Below, in pieces: positions 19,889 to 28,565 of a stretch of DNA of 64,000 bases. The number at the start of each line of letters is the position of its first letter. Positions within the stretch are counted from its first letter, which is position 1. The DNA lies in the IMG/VR virus record IMGVR_UViG_3300044615_000494; one strand, written 5' to 3'. The stretch is from a virus. Position numbers and translations under genes: made by a program. Below the pieces are notes generated by a model. The model was not told the origin of the DNA. It made no database searches and saw only the letters and a list, made by a program, of their open reading frames with translations.

Positions 19889-20070
19889 ATAACACCGAAT
19901 AGTATAATAAAAATCATGGCATAAAATAACGCCGCGCGTAAAGTCAAATTAGGTTTAGGGTACATAGGACAACGACCTTGCTGAAAGTCGCAATATTCTA
20001 CAGGTATGTTATCGCTATCTAATTTCTTCCTACAACCACTAATAGGACACTTGACAATTTCTGTACTCAT
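19873..20070 (-). CDS. Small protein with Cys motif and C-terminal TM helix
   Basis: CPISGC...C...GRCP then a hydrophobic tail. Confidence 0.6.
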   Translation of the reverse strand: MSTEIVKCPISGCRKKLDSDNIPVEYCDFQQGRCPMYPKPNLTLRAALFYAMIFIILFGVMWLTI

Positions 20071-20345
20071 AATAGATTTAATTGTTTGATGAGGCCCACG
20101 GTGCAAATGAACAGCATCACGCCATTAACTAATTGCATGGCTCTGTCGCCCCACTTGTAGCCAACCCAGTACCAACCTAACGCGCCTATCCAACTAGCGG
20201 CAGTATCGTATACTTGCCACTCAGGATTACCTGTACCACGACCTAAAGCCATGCCTACAAGCATGATGATGCTGACACTCCACTTGACATACCACGTAGC
20301 ATCTTGTTTCGGGGTGATGCTTTTGACCTCATTGAACCATTTCAT
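20067..20345 (-). CDS. Small multi-pass membrane protein
   Basis: Three hydrophobic segments; WYVKW...GW..VG..W.DRA. Confidence 0.7.
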   Translation of the reverse strand: MKWFNEVKSITPKQDATWYVKWSVSIIMLVGMALGRGTGNPEWQVYDTAASWIGALGWYWVGYKWGDRAMQLVNGVMLFICTVGLIKQLNLL

Positions 20346-20533
20346 AAACTGCCCTTATACCAATATTGGTCTACTTTTTCCAATACAGGTCCTAAATTGC
20401 TAGGATAGACTACAGCATGATCGTTGAGTACATCATGATTAACCGTTAGGCTACAAACCTCTTTATACATCTCTTTCAATTTTTGAAAGAGTGTCGCTTC
20501 TTCGTTACTGATAACTGTGAAATTCCCGCTCAC
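20342..20533 (-). CDS. Hypothetical protein
   Basis: ORF with ATGA coupling. Confidence 0.6.
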   Translation of the reverse strand: MSGNFTVISNEEATLFQKLKEMYKEVCSLTVNHDVLNDHAVVYPSNLGPVLEKVDQYWYKGSL

Positions 20534-20561
20534 TAGACACCTCGCATTTGCTATTAATATA

Positions 20562-21686
20562 TTATTTCTTATCTACTAAAAAATCAACCATTTCGGGAAA
20601 AGTATTCTTAAAGTTTAATTTACGAAAACCATCGTGCCTCACTAATCTATATCTAAACGTATCAAAGTGTTTGCTGTCGTCTTCAGTATTCAACAGCAAG
20701 ATGAACGGGCTTAGATCAAAACGGCAATTCTCTAATCGATTTATGATGAATTGTTTAGCGTCTTCTCTCCATACAGTAGGTCTTAAGTGAACTGGGTTAT
20801 GTACCCTGCCTAGATAAGGCAACCCTAATCCTATGTCATCACACCATTCTACTAACTCATTTAGATACGCAATATTATATGCGCTGACTGTAGTAGAAAC
20901 ACCTAGTTTGATACTGCTACTGTTTCTAAGTTCTATATATTTTTTTATGTTAGATAGCACTTCTTCCCATACTGCAGGATACCTGATATATTCAAATTTA
21001 TCAGCCACACCATCTATGCTCAACTGCAATTCTACTTCGTTGAAGTGGCTCCATATCTCTAACCATTCATCATCAGGAAACTTAGTGCAGTTTGTTGTAT
21101 AATGAAGGCTGATATCTTTAGCAGAGTTATCATTTATATACATGCGTAACAACTCTTTTTGTTGCTTGACACCACTCAGTAAAGGCTCACCGCCCGGTAT
21201 ATCAAGATGAATCAGATTGGGTGTCTTATCTTTAAAACTCTGTACGAAATCTTCTTTGTAAAAATGATTAGGTTTGACATCCTTACCTAAAAGTATCTTC
21301 CATTCTTGTTGCCATTTACTTGATGCTGATGGGTCGCAGGTTATACAACTCAGATTACATGTGTTTCCGAACGCTACACTAGCGGTGACGAAACCTTTAT
21401 CCTCTGATAATAATGAGCCCCAACGTTCATGGTCTTGAACACGCTTGCTACGTATATCGTTAGCCTCTTCGATCTTACAACGTTCACAACCCTTAGGCCA
21501 TTTTCCTTCTTTGAAATCTCGTTTTACTTCTTTTAGTGTGGGGCTATTGATATATTCATCTATAGATGATGAATTGATGTTGCTAGGTCTGTTGGGATAT
21601 AGAGAACTTTTAAACTTACAGCAAGGAGACATCTCTCCTTGCGGAGAGATGTCTATGTTAGTCCATGGTAATGAACAATAGGGCAT
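20562..21686 (-). CDS. Radical SAM protein with N-terminal SPASM/twitch-like Cys cluster
   Basis: CSLPW...PCC...C..C..EE, then CNLSCITC and GGEP. Confidence 0.9.
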   Translation of the reverse strand: MPYCSLPWTNIDISPQGEMSPCCKFKSSLYPNRPSNINSSSIDEYINSPTLKEVKRDFKEGKWPKGCERCKIEEANDIRSKRVQDHERWGSLLSEDKGFVTASVAFGNTCNLSCITCDPSASSKWQQEWKILLGKDVKPNHFYKEDFVQSFKDKTPNLIHLDIPGGEPLLSGVKQQKELLRMYINDNSAKDISLHYTTNCTKFPDDEWLEIWSHFNEVELQLSIDGVADKFEYIRYPAVWEEVLSNIKKYIELRNSSSIKLGVSTTVSAYNIAYLNELVEWCDDIGLGLPYLGRVHNPVHLRPTVWREDAKQFIINRLENCRFDLSPFILLLNTEDDSKHFDTFRYRLVRHDGFRKLNFKNTFPEMVDFLVDKK

Positions 21687-21693
21687 CAACTAC

Positions 21694-21942
21694 TTAGTCA
21701 GTAAAGGGCTTCCTGTCATGGAATGCATTTTGCCTGATTAGCATCTCAAATGTCTCAAATAGCCGTTCAAACTTGACCTGATAGATCGTCTCAAGGCCCA
21801 ATAGGTAATTGTTGACCTCATCTTCAGTCATATTGCGCCGATCCATCTTGCAACGGCTGAGTTCTTTGATATCTTCAACTACGCTCCAGCAGTTCATGAT
21901 ATCTTGCTCTAGGTCAAATCGTGTTCGATTAGTCTCACTCAT
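21694..21942 (-). CDS. Hypothetical protein
   Basis: ORF with GGAG RBS. Confidence 0.7.
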   Translation of the reverse strand: MSETNRTRFDLEQDIMNCWSVVEDIKELSRCKMDRRNMTEDEVNNYLLGLETIYQVKFERLFETFEMLIRQNAFHDRKPFTD

Positions 21943-22165
21943 CTTTTACTCCATAGTATTTGAGGATCAATTTAAAGGCTTCGATATGCTCTTTGATTAG
22001 TGCTAAATCGGTAGTCTTATCTGTTTCAAAAATAGCCATGCCTGTGCCTTTCTTGCGCTTCTTTAGATCCTCTTGTAGATTAGCCTTGAGGCTAACAAGT
22101 TCCTGTTTGACGATACCATCGATGGTATTCCAATCTAGTTCAACTGTCACTTTACGTGCTTCCAT
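21935..22165 (-). CDS. Hypothetical protein
   Basis: ORF with AAGGA RBS. Confidence 0.65.
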   Translation of the reverse strand: MEARKVTVELDWNTIDGIVKQELVSLKANLQEDLKKRKKGTGMAIFETDKTTDLALIKEHIEAFKLILKYYGVKDE

Positions 22166-22173
22166 GATATTCC

Positions 22174-22260
22174 TTATTCAATAAAAACCCAATAGATCCC
22201 TAGTAGGATCACGTACACAAAAACGATGTTAGCAACGCTAATCCAGAAATCTTTACTCAT
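22174..22260 (-). CDS. Micro membrane protein (28 aa; not in ORF track)
   Basis: MSKDFWISVANIVFVYVILLGIYWVFIE; GAGG RBS; overlaps upstream stop. Confidence 0.55.
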   Translation of the reverse strand: MSKDFWISVANIVFVYVILLGIYWVFIE

Positions 22261-22714
22261 TTGTTTCCTCTTTAGTTAATTCACATACCAATAAGAAATG
22301 TTCGTATGCTTTTTTGACACTAGGATTAGACAGTAGTTTTTCAGCCTCATCCTGCATAGCCTTGACAGCAGTTTCACACGCTTCTCTGGCACTAGGCCAT
22401 TCTAACCTACGTGCGTCTTCACCGAACTCTTTGACTAGATTTTCCCAAGCCTCTTTTTGTTTTTTTGTGATAGGTTTAGTACGTGGGCGCAAGTCAGTAG
22501 CCTTCCTGATCACTTCACTGATCTTATCTTCTGCTACACGACCAGCGGCAATCATAGGCGCATATGCGATATTGATACTATATCGTGTGCTACGACCGCC
22601 TGGATACACACATACCAAGTGCGCACCTTTAGGCATAGCATCCATCAATACTTGGTCGTACTCATATACAGGCTTATACCTGCGACCAACTTTCTCGTAA
22701 AAAATTTTCTTCAT
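22253..22714 (-). CDS. Conserved hypothetical phage protein
   Basis: FYEKVGRRYKPV.EYD...PKGAHLV..YPGG pattern. Confidence 0.75.
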   Translation of the reverse strand: MKKIFYEKVGRRYKPVYEYDQVLMDAMPKGAHLVCVYPGGRSTRYSINIAYAPMIAAGRVAEDKISEVIRKATDLRPRTKPITKKQKEAWENLVKEFGEDARRLEWPSAREACETAVKAMQDEAEKLLSNPSVKKAYEHFLLVCELTKEETNE

Positions 22715-22720
22715 GATAAC

Positions 22721-22966
22721 TTAATCAAAAATCTTAGACCAGACAGTTAGTTTCTCACGTTTGGATTGTTTAGCCACATCTAATTCTTCTTTAGTGATGA
22801 TGTTGTTTTCTAACATCAAGTCAATCATGCACCAAACATCACCTACCTCTTTAATTAGATGATCTCGGTTAGAGTCCATACCGAAACGTCTTACCTTGCT
22901 AATGACTTGAACCAACTCCCCGCATTCTTCCTGCGTGATAGTGAAAATCTCTTCTATCTTATCCAC
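22721..22966 (-). CDS. MazG-like nucleotide pyrophosphohydrolase
   Basis: EECGEL...K...EVGDV motif; probable GTG start. Confidence 0.8.
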   Translation of the reverse strand: MDKIEEIFTITQEECGELVQVISKVRRFGMDSNRDHLIKEVGDVWCMIDLMLENNIITKEELDVAKQSKREKLTVWSKIFD

Positions 22967-23384
22967 GGCGCATCCTTGAAATGTCTTGCATCTGTTCTTC
23001 GTTGATAACGGGAACAGCATTGCTCTTATGCATAGTAGCAATACCTTTGATCAACGTACCTGTATACTTAGGTGGTTCTTTCTTAGCGCAACTATCGGGA
23101 CTACCCATAGTTTGCAAACTAGGAATATGTTGTGTAGTCTCTCGCCTATAAGGAGTATCGTTAAAAATCTTTACCGAGGACACTTGCGCAATTTTGCCGC
23201 GAACGATACCGCGACGGTTGTCTACATACTCATCGAAATCAATCTTGGGCAGTCCTTGACGTTTCTGATCACGATTATGTTGCATCCAATCAACCTGCAA
23301 TTCGGCATACTTAGCCTTAGTCATTTTGAACTTTGGCTTGCGAGTGTTGAGTGTGCAAACACCACGGATAAGATGCATTGTCAT
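22959..23384 (-). CDS. Conserved T4-like hypothetical protein
   Basis: C-terminal YTG...GI.TMHKSNAVPV motif. Confidence 0.8.
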   Translation of the reverse strand: MTMHLIRGVCTLNTRKPKFKMTKAKYAELQVDWMQHNRDQKRQGLPKIDFDEYVDNRRGIVRGKIAQVSSVKIFNDTPYRRETTQHIPSLQTMGSPDSCAKKEPPKYTGTLIKGIATMHKSNAVPVINEEQMQDISRMRRG

Positions 23385-23391
23385 AATATAA

Positions 23392-23721
23392 TTATAATAC
23401 AGAATTTAAATGTTTGCAAGTACCTCGGAACTGGAATCCAGCACAAGTGCAAGTCTTGTTGTCCGGATCTACAAAATAGGTATCGCCCTTGCTACCGGAT
23501 ACTTTGATTAGATTGGTCTCGACTTTGACCTTGAAGGGATTCTTTTTGAGTTCCACAAACTGGCGACCACGCTTGTCGATGCGCAAAGGCTTCTTAAAGT
23601 AGAATGCATCACCTTCGCCCCACTTGATGTATGCAACAGCCTTGTCACCATCTAGCAAATAGATATGATTGGGTTGCTTGTATTCAACATCCCATTTAGT
23701 AGTTTCACGCACAGCAATCAT
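23392..23721 (-). CDS. SWIM zinc-finger protein
   Basis: CTC.GF.FRG.CKH. Confidence 0.8.
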   Translation of the reverse strand: MIAVRETTKWDVEYKQPNHIYLLDGDKAVAYIKWGEGDAFYFKKPLRIDKRGRQFVELKKNPFKVKVETNLIKVSGSKGDTYFVDPDNKTCTCAGFQFRGTCKHLNSVL

Positions 23722-23740
23722 ATATCACCTGTAGAAAAAG

Positions 23741-23782
23741 ATGCGGGACTTGATCGCTTCAATTGAAGCAGGGGTGCCCGCA
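23741..23782 (-). other. Structured leader, stem-loop motif copy 2 with an inserted GCTTC-AATT-GAAGC hairpin
   Basis: TGCGGGCACC...AAGTCCCGCAT followed by CTTTTTC; lies between promoter and SWIM gene. Confidence 0.55.
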
Positions 23783-23796
23783 CAACCCATATTAGA

Positions 23797-23828
23797 AGTA
23801 TACTGTACTAGTATGCTAATGTCAAGCC
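23797..23828 (-). promoter_or_regulatory. Cassette sigma70 promoter
   Basis: GGCTTGACA-17 nt-TATACT. Confidence 0.8.
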
Positions 23829-24118
23829 TAAGCATGATATTTCATAAAGTGAGTTAGTATTTGACTGGCCCTGCTTAGATCAAAATTCTCTTGACGATAG
23901 TGCCACAATTTTTTTCTTTCTGCGACTTCAAGGGCTTTCATAAGCATAAACTTTTCATCTAGACTTTTTGTAGTCATCAATAGTTTATTCATATCATGTA
24001 TATCAACACTATACTCTACCCATTTTACTGTGCTATCAATGCGATCCCTAGGAATCATCATTGGGCCTTTGCTAGTACTAGCAGTATATTTTACAGCATA
24101 ACGTTTAGCATTAAACAT
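23828..24118 (-). CDS. Hypothetical protein
   Basis: ORF with AAAGG RBS behind its own promoter. Confidence 0.7.
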   Translation of the reverse strand: MFNAKRYAVKYTASTSKGPMMIPRDRIDSTVKWVEYSVDIHDMNKLLMTTKSLDEKFMLMKALEVAERKKLWHYRQENFDLSRASQILTHFMKYHA

Positions 24119-24148
24119 ATAACACCTTTTCTAGTTGATAGAATTAGT

Positions 24149-24180
24149 ATTATATGCCCAAATTGACCCAATGTCAAGCC
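24149..24180 (-). promoter_or_regulatory. Cassette sigma70 promoter containing the palindrome TTGAC-N5-GTCAA
   Basis: GGCTTGACA-17 nt-TATAAT. Confidence 0.85.
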
Positions 24181-24462
24181 TTAATCACCGCTGTCGATTT
24201 CGTACCTATGACCACAATCCGTGCAAGTATATTCTGTCAAACACCGACCGGTCGTGCGACTAGTATATTTGTGCTTGCAGGGCTGTCCCTCTTTGTTCAA
24301 GGGCACTTGACCACTAGCACGACCATACATAGTTTGCCCACCACAATTGCTACAAGCCCTGTGTGTCTTGTCCTTATTCCAACTATACTTCAATTCACCG
24401 TCTGTAAGAGGGACTTCCTTAGTACCATTACAAACCGGGCAAACTCCATATTCAATCGCCAT
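24181..24462 (-). CDS. Small Cys-rich zinc-binding protein
   Basis: CPVC, CSNC, C.H and C..CTDC motifs. Confidence 0.7.
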   Translation of the reverse strand: MAIEYGVCPVCNGTKEVPLTDGELKYSWNKDKTHRACSNCGGQTMYGRASGQVPLNKEGQPCKHKYTSRTTGRCLTEYTCTDCGHRYEIDSGD

Positions 24463-24474
24463 TTTAATTTCCTA

Positions 24475-24930
24475 TTAAGAACCAGTTGTCATGAAAAGAA
24501 TTTCGGGGTTGACCGAACTTTGCTTGAAATGTTCGATAAACACATGATGGTTGTCGCCGCTGTCACGGATGAGTGCATTACCTGCGACATACAATGCCGC
24601 CCAAGTACTACCATTGATAGCGACCTCTTGATCGCCTGAACCAAACGCACTATAGACTACCTTAGTAGCGCCCTCGAACGGATGACGTTCGCTAAGGTTG
24701 TCAACCTCGTAGACAGACCAAATCGCATCAAGACCAAGTTCCTTCTTGACCTCACTATAATGCTCATGCTTGTTATCGAATGAATCTTGATCTTGTGCAT
24801 AAGCACCAGCAAGAGCCTCACGAATCTTTTGAGCACCTGTCACAGCATCCATGCTATTAAACTCTAGATGCCAGAGGATGTTGTGAATCTCAGAAAATTC
24901 CTTAGCAGTCAATGTCACATCGCAATTCAT
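24475..24930 (-). CDS. Hypothetical protein
   Basis: ORF with GGAG RBS in cassette leader. Confidence 0.75.
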   Translation of the reverse strand: MNCDVTLTAKEFSEIHNILWHLEFNSMDAVTGAQKIREALAGAYAQDQDSFDNKHEHYSEVKKELGLDAIWSVYEVDNLSERHPFEGATKVVYSAFGSGDQEVAINGSTWAALYVAGNALIRDSGDNHHVFIEHFKQSSVNPEILFMTTGS

Positions 24931-24961
24931 ATCAGTCTCCGTTTCTCAACTCTATGTAACT

Positions 24962-24993
24962 ATTATAGTACCAAATTGACCCAAAGTCAAGCC
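24962..24993 (-). promoter_or_regulatory. Cassette sigma70 promoter containing TTGAC-N5-GTCAA
   Basis: GGCTTGACT-17 nt-TATAAT. Confidence 0.85.
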
Positions 24994-25254
24994 TTAATAG
25001 TCATACTCGTAAAACTTAACTGCCGGATCCAACTTGCGTAGTTCCTTAGCGGCAGCATCCAATTCCTTATAACGACGGTTAACTTCTGCACGGGGCAGTT
25101 CGCCATCGCATGTCAAGTTCTCGGGACTCAGTGCCGCATCGATCATATCCGCAACACGCTGGCGACCAGCGGCAGTCTTGATTTCATATTGCTCACCGTT
25201 GAAAAAACTGTTCCAACGATTCTTTTGATCTATGAATTTCTGTAGTGCTTTCAT
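24994..25254 (-). CDS. Conserved hypothetical phage protein
   Basis: LSPENLTCDGEL motif; cassette leader. Confidence 0.75.
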   Translation of the reverse strand: MKALQKFIDQKNRWNSFFNGEQYEIKTAAGRQRVADMIDAALSPENLTCDGELPRAEVNRRYKELDAAAKELRKLDPAVKFYEYDY

Positions 25255-25285
25255 TTCTATCTCCGTTTCTCAACTCTATGTATTA

Positions 25286-25367
25286 ATTATAGACCCATGA
25301 TACCCAAAAGTCAAGCCTTTTAGCCATTATTTTATGGATATTTTGTTGTTTAAAAACAACAACTTAC
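25286..25367 (-). promoter_or_regulatory. Cassette: upstream 9-bp inverted repeat plus sigma70 promoter
   Basis: GTAAGTTGTTGTTT-TT-AAACAACAA...GGCTTGACT-17 nt-TATAAT; about 60 bp near-identical to 43456-43515. Confidence 0.8.
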
Positions 25368-25567
25368 AGACGGATTTTGTCGAAAATCTGCTGTTGTAAA
25401 CGTGCAACATCATCACGGGGCACGTAAAAGTCGGTCTGCGGGTCCCAATAATCCCCTGCTTTGGGATCGTAATAAAGCACCGCACCTGACGGGTAGAAGA
25501 ACGGACCCTCGAGGCCCTTACGGGGTTGATACTTGCGCTCCAACTCAGATAGTACACGGAAACCCAT
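25364..25567 (-). CDS. Conserved small phage protein
   Basis: GLEGPF...G.VLYYDPK.G.YWDP.TD.Y. Confidence 0.75.
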   Translation of the reverse strand: MGFRVLSELERKYQPRKGLEGPFFYPSGAVLYYDPKAGDYWDPQTDFYVPRDDVARLQQQIFDKIRL

Positions 25568-25577
25568 AACTCACTCC

Positions 25578-25847
25578 TTAAAGAAGATCAACTTGAACAT
25601 CGTACTCAACTTGCTCACCGGTCTCACCGAAGACCTTCTCGCGGCGTAGCAGACCAGTGGGACGCTTACCTTCAGGCAAATACTGATCGAAACCTAAGTT
25701 AGTCAACGCAGAACTGACCGCGATACGTTGGCTAGTGAAACACATATCGAAAACGCCTTTGACGGTCGTCACGAAACCGATCCCATTGATGATCACACGG
25801 ATCTTTTGGTTATTGTCAAGTCCCATGATATATCGCTTCGTCTTCAT
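25578..25847 (-). CDS. Hypothetical protein
   Basis: ORF with AGGAG RBS in cassette leader. Confidence 0.7.
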   Translation of the reverse strand: MKTKRYIMGLDNNQKIRVIINGIGFVTTVKGVFDMCFTSQRIAVSSALTNLGFDQYLPEGKRPTGLLRREKVFGETGEQVEYDVQVDLL

Positions 25848-25877
25848 TAGTATCTCCTAAAATCTCAGTATGTAGTT

Positions 25878-25909
25878 ATTATGCTCCCTAATGGGTCAAA
25901 AGTCAAGCC
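25878..25909 (-). promoter_or_regulatory. Cassette sigma70 promoter
   Basis: GGCTTGACT-17 nt-CATAAT. Confidence 0.75.
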
Positions 25910-25931
25910 TTTTATGCCATTATTTCGCCAT

Positions 25932-25966
25932 AAAAAAGGCGTTGTAAATCAACAACTTACAACGCC
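25932..25966 (-). terminator. Intrinsic terminator; the recurring GTAAGTTGTTGATTT motif spans the loop
   Basis: GGCGTTGTAA-N9-TTACAACGCC followed by T6 on minus strand. Confidence 0.75.
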
Positions 25967-25989
25967 AGGATGTTGTGTAAAAACAACGG

Positions 25990-27447
25990 TTATAGTCCCA
26001 AATATGCTTTCTTTTTTGCTATGTATATCTGTTTAAGTTGGGCACTCACGTTATACGCTTGGTTTCTCAATTGTTCGTATATGATTTTTTTGCCGGGTCT
26101 CAACAATCCTAGTGAACGGAATCCAGCATACTCAAAATGATTCATCAATAGAATTCTCTGCCCTATGCTTTCATATAATTCACTTACGAAAGTTTGTGCT
26201 TGTTTATAATCTATCCAATCACTATTCCAATCTAAAGTATTAGTTTCTTTATCTCCGTGCAAAGATGTTATGGGAATTCTTTTAGTTTTAAAACCGTATT
26301 TTTCTGGTTCTTTATCTAAGTCACTTAAAAAATAACTATCGGTTAAACTATTAGAACTAGTGATGACTAAAGGATATACTTGCAAGCCCCATAACAATTT
26401 TTCATCAATGACACGTTCGATGCTATCAACAATAGACTGTTTATTGTCTCCTTCTAATCCTACAATTAAACTACCGATAGTATACGTATCAGGACAGCGT
26501 TTCTTGATCTCACGTAGTGTTTCAAAGTTATCAATCAAGCCGGTACGTTTGCGCATAGTCTTACTAACATCAGGATTGAAACTCTCTATACCAAAAAACA
26601 ATGCGGAGAACTGTATCTTTTCAATAAGGTCTAATTGATGTTTGCGCTTACTAAACAAATCCAGTCTAGCAAAACTTGTTATCTTAGGACTATAATCAAG
26701 GCCCTCCATAGCCTCTACTATGATCTCTAGTTTCTGATCGCTCTCGTTGATAGTATCATCGCTAGTATAAAAATTAGTGATTCCGTATTTTTTATATGCG
26801 ACTTCAAAATAATGATGTAACTCTTTAGGGTCTAGAAACTTAGTGATCTTGGCGTTACGTAATTCATAGTTACAGAAAGTACAATTAAATTTGCAACCTA
26901 CACCGATCTCAAAACCTAATATATCCCTATTTAAAAAGCAATTGTCTTCATCGTCTATGTTAGGTAATACGGGCTCATCGATTACTTGATCAAAATCATG
27001 ATTCAGTAAAACTAGAGGTGAATTGTGAACGATATACTTAGACAAATCCTTATTAGTCACCCAAGCATCAAACATCTCCATGCTTCTTCCTAAGAAGAAG
27101 ACTTCGATAAGATCATCTAATGTCTTTTGAAAAGTTCTGCTGCCGCCGTGAATTATTTTAAGTTTGGGGTATCTTGCTTTAGCATCCCTCAAGAAAGATT
27201 CAATCTTATACAAGTCACGATTATCAAAAGGTGTTGATACTGCTATGACTGGTTCGTCCGTGTCTTTGAAGTATGCGCCTGCAGCCGCAATTAGATCATC
27301 TATCTTCCAATGAGTGAACCACTCAAGTATAGTAGCATCATGACCGTGCCTTTTTGCACGTTTCTTTAACTCAAAGGCACCCAGGCCCCTGTAATGCAGG
27401 TAGGGCCAAGCGCCATTGCTGTTCTCGCATAATATCAGGAATTTCAT
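25990..27447 (-). CDS. Radical SAM protein with N-terminal cobalamin-binding-like domain
   Basis: GCKFNCTFC; N-terminal region like B12-binding RS; DDT, FGIES and LIVGL motifs. Confidence 0.85.
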   Translation of the reverse strand: MKFLILCENSNGAWPYLHYRGLGAFELKKRAKRHGHDATILEWFTHWKIDDLIAAAGAYFKDTDEPVIAVSTPFDNRDLYKIESFLRDAKARYPKLKIIHGGSRTFQKTLDDLIEVFFLGRSMEMFDAWVTNKDLSKYIVHNSPLVLLNHDFDQVIDEPVLPNIDDEDNCFLNRDILGFEIGVGCKFNCTFCNYELRNAKITKFLDPKELHHYFEVAYKKYGITNFYTSDDTINESDQKLEIIVEAMEGLDYSPKITSFARLDLFSKRKHQLDLIEKIQFSALFFGIESFNPDVSKTMRKRTGLIDNFETLREIKKRCPDTYTIGSLIVGLEGDNKQSIVDSIERVIDEKLLWGLQVYPLVITSSNSLTDSYFLSDLDKEPEKYGFKTKRIPITSLHGDKETNTLDWNSDWIDYKQAQTFVSELYESIGQRILLMNHFEYAGFRSLGLLRPGKKIIYEQLRNQAYNVSAQLKQIYIAKKKAYLGL

Positions 27448-27456
27448 TAACTATAT

Positions 27457-28050
27457 TTACACGACCCTCTTGTCGAGAATCTTATCAGCAAGGCCGTATT
27501 CCAATGCCTGCTGTGCGCTCATGAAAAAGTCACGCTCCATGTCTTTAGCAAGTTCTTCATATGTCTTGCCTTTGCTATTATGCTTGACGTAGATGTTGGT
27601 TAGATTCTTTTTCATCTCAAGGATTTCCTTGACTTGAATCTCCATGTCAGTTGCTTGACCACGTGCGCCGCCACTTGGTTGATGAATCATGTGACGGGCA
27701 TTAGGTAGAATCATTCGCTTACTTGCGGCACCTGCTTGTGCAAGCAAACTACCCATGCTACAAGCCTGTCCCATGACGATAGTTGAAACGTCTGGTTGAA
27801 TGAATTGCATAGCATCATAGATAGCCATACCAGCAGTCACGCTACCACCTGGACTATTGATGTAAAGGCTGATATCTTTTTCAGGATTTTCTGATTCAAG
27901 ATAAAGTAATTGGGCAACGATAAGATTTGCCATCTGATCGTGGACCTCACCCTCAAGTAAGATCACACGATCACGTAATAGACGGCTATAGATATCGTAA
28001 CTACGCTCACCGCGGCTTGTCTGCTCAAGGACTATTGGAACTAAACTCAT
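27457..28050 (-). CDS. clpP: ATP-dependent Clp protease proteolytic subunit
   Basis: [22 protein letters not shown] (Ser), MIHQP (His), ERD..MSA..A.EYGL.D. Confidence 0.97.
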   Translation of the reverse strand: MSLVPIVLEQTSRGERSYDIYSRLLRDRVILLEGEVHDQMANLIVAQLLYLESENPEKDISLYINSPGGSVTAGMAIYDAMQFIQPDVSTIVMGQACSMGSLLAQAGAASKRMILPNARHMIHQPSGGARGQATDMEIQVKEILEMKKNLTNIYVKHNSKGKTYEELAKDMERDFFMSAQQALEYGLADKILDKRVV

Positions 28051-28112
28051 ATATTCTCCTGTAATTGATAGTTATAATAAACTATCTAGCAGACAAAATC
28101 AAATGAAACGGA

Positions 28113-28343
28113 TTACTTTGCTAATTTAAAATTAGGAAACTGACCAATTTCTTTGCTGATTACTGTACTGATCTCAGCGCCGGTCTTTACTACTTGCTTG
28201 GCAAAGTTTGTCTGTGCATCGACAAAACCATTCATGGCTTCAGCAATCTTCTCGTCTTTAACGAATTGCTTTACCCATTCTTTCTTTGCACCTTGGACCA
28301 TACTAATACCTAAATTTGCGTTATCTGATAACATTGTAAACAT
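28113..28343 (-). CDS. Phasin-like protein (76 aa)
   Basis: Amphipathic helical Q..KK.WV..FV...AM..FVDAQT.F.K pattern; AAGGA RBS; start reassigned. Confidence 0.55.
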   Translation of the reverse strand: MFTMLSDNANLGISMVQGAKKEWVKQFVKDEKIAEAMNGFVDAQTNFAKQVVKTGAEISTVISKEIGQFPNFKLAK

Positions 28344-28344
28344 T

Positions 28345-28485
28345 TTATTTCCTTTTTTGAGTTTGATTATAAGCCACGAGTTCGCGGGCTTGTTCAGCAT
28401 AGCCACGATTATAAAGAATATGTGCGGCTCTTGCTGTAGCGAATACTTCATACCACTCCATAAAGGAGTTCCATAACTTTCTCAT
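28345..28485 (-). CDS. Small protein (46 aa; not in ORF track)
   Basis: MRKLWNSFMEWYEVFATARAAHILYNRGYAEQARELV...; AAAGGA RBS; TAAATA and a 7-bp hairpin upstream. Confidence 0.6.
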   Translation of the reverse strand: MRKLWNSFMEWYEVFATARAAHILYNRGYAEQARELVAYNQTQKRK

Positions 28486-28565
28486 GATAATCCTTTCATA
28501 TGGAAGTTAGTGTGAGAAGAACATCTCACAGTGTATTTATGCTGCGGCGCAACAATTTGAAATTT

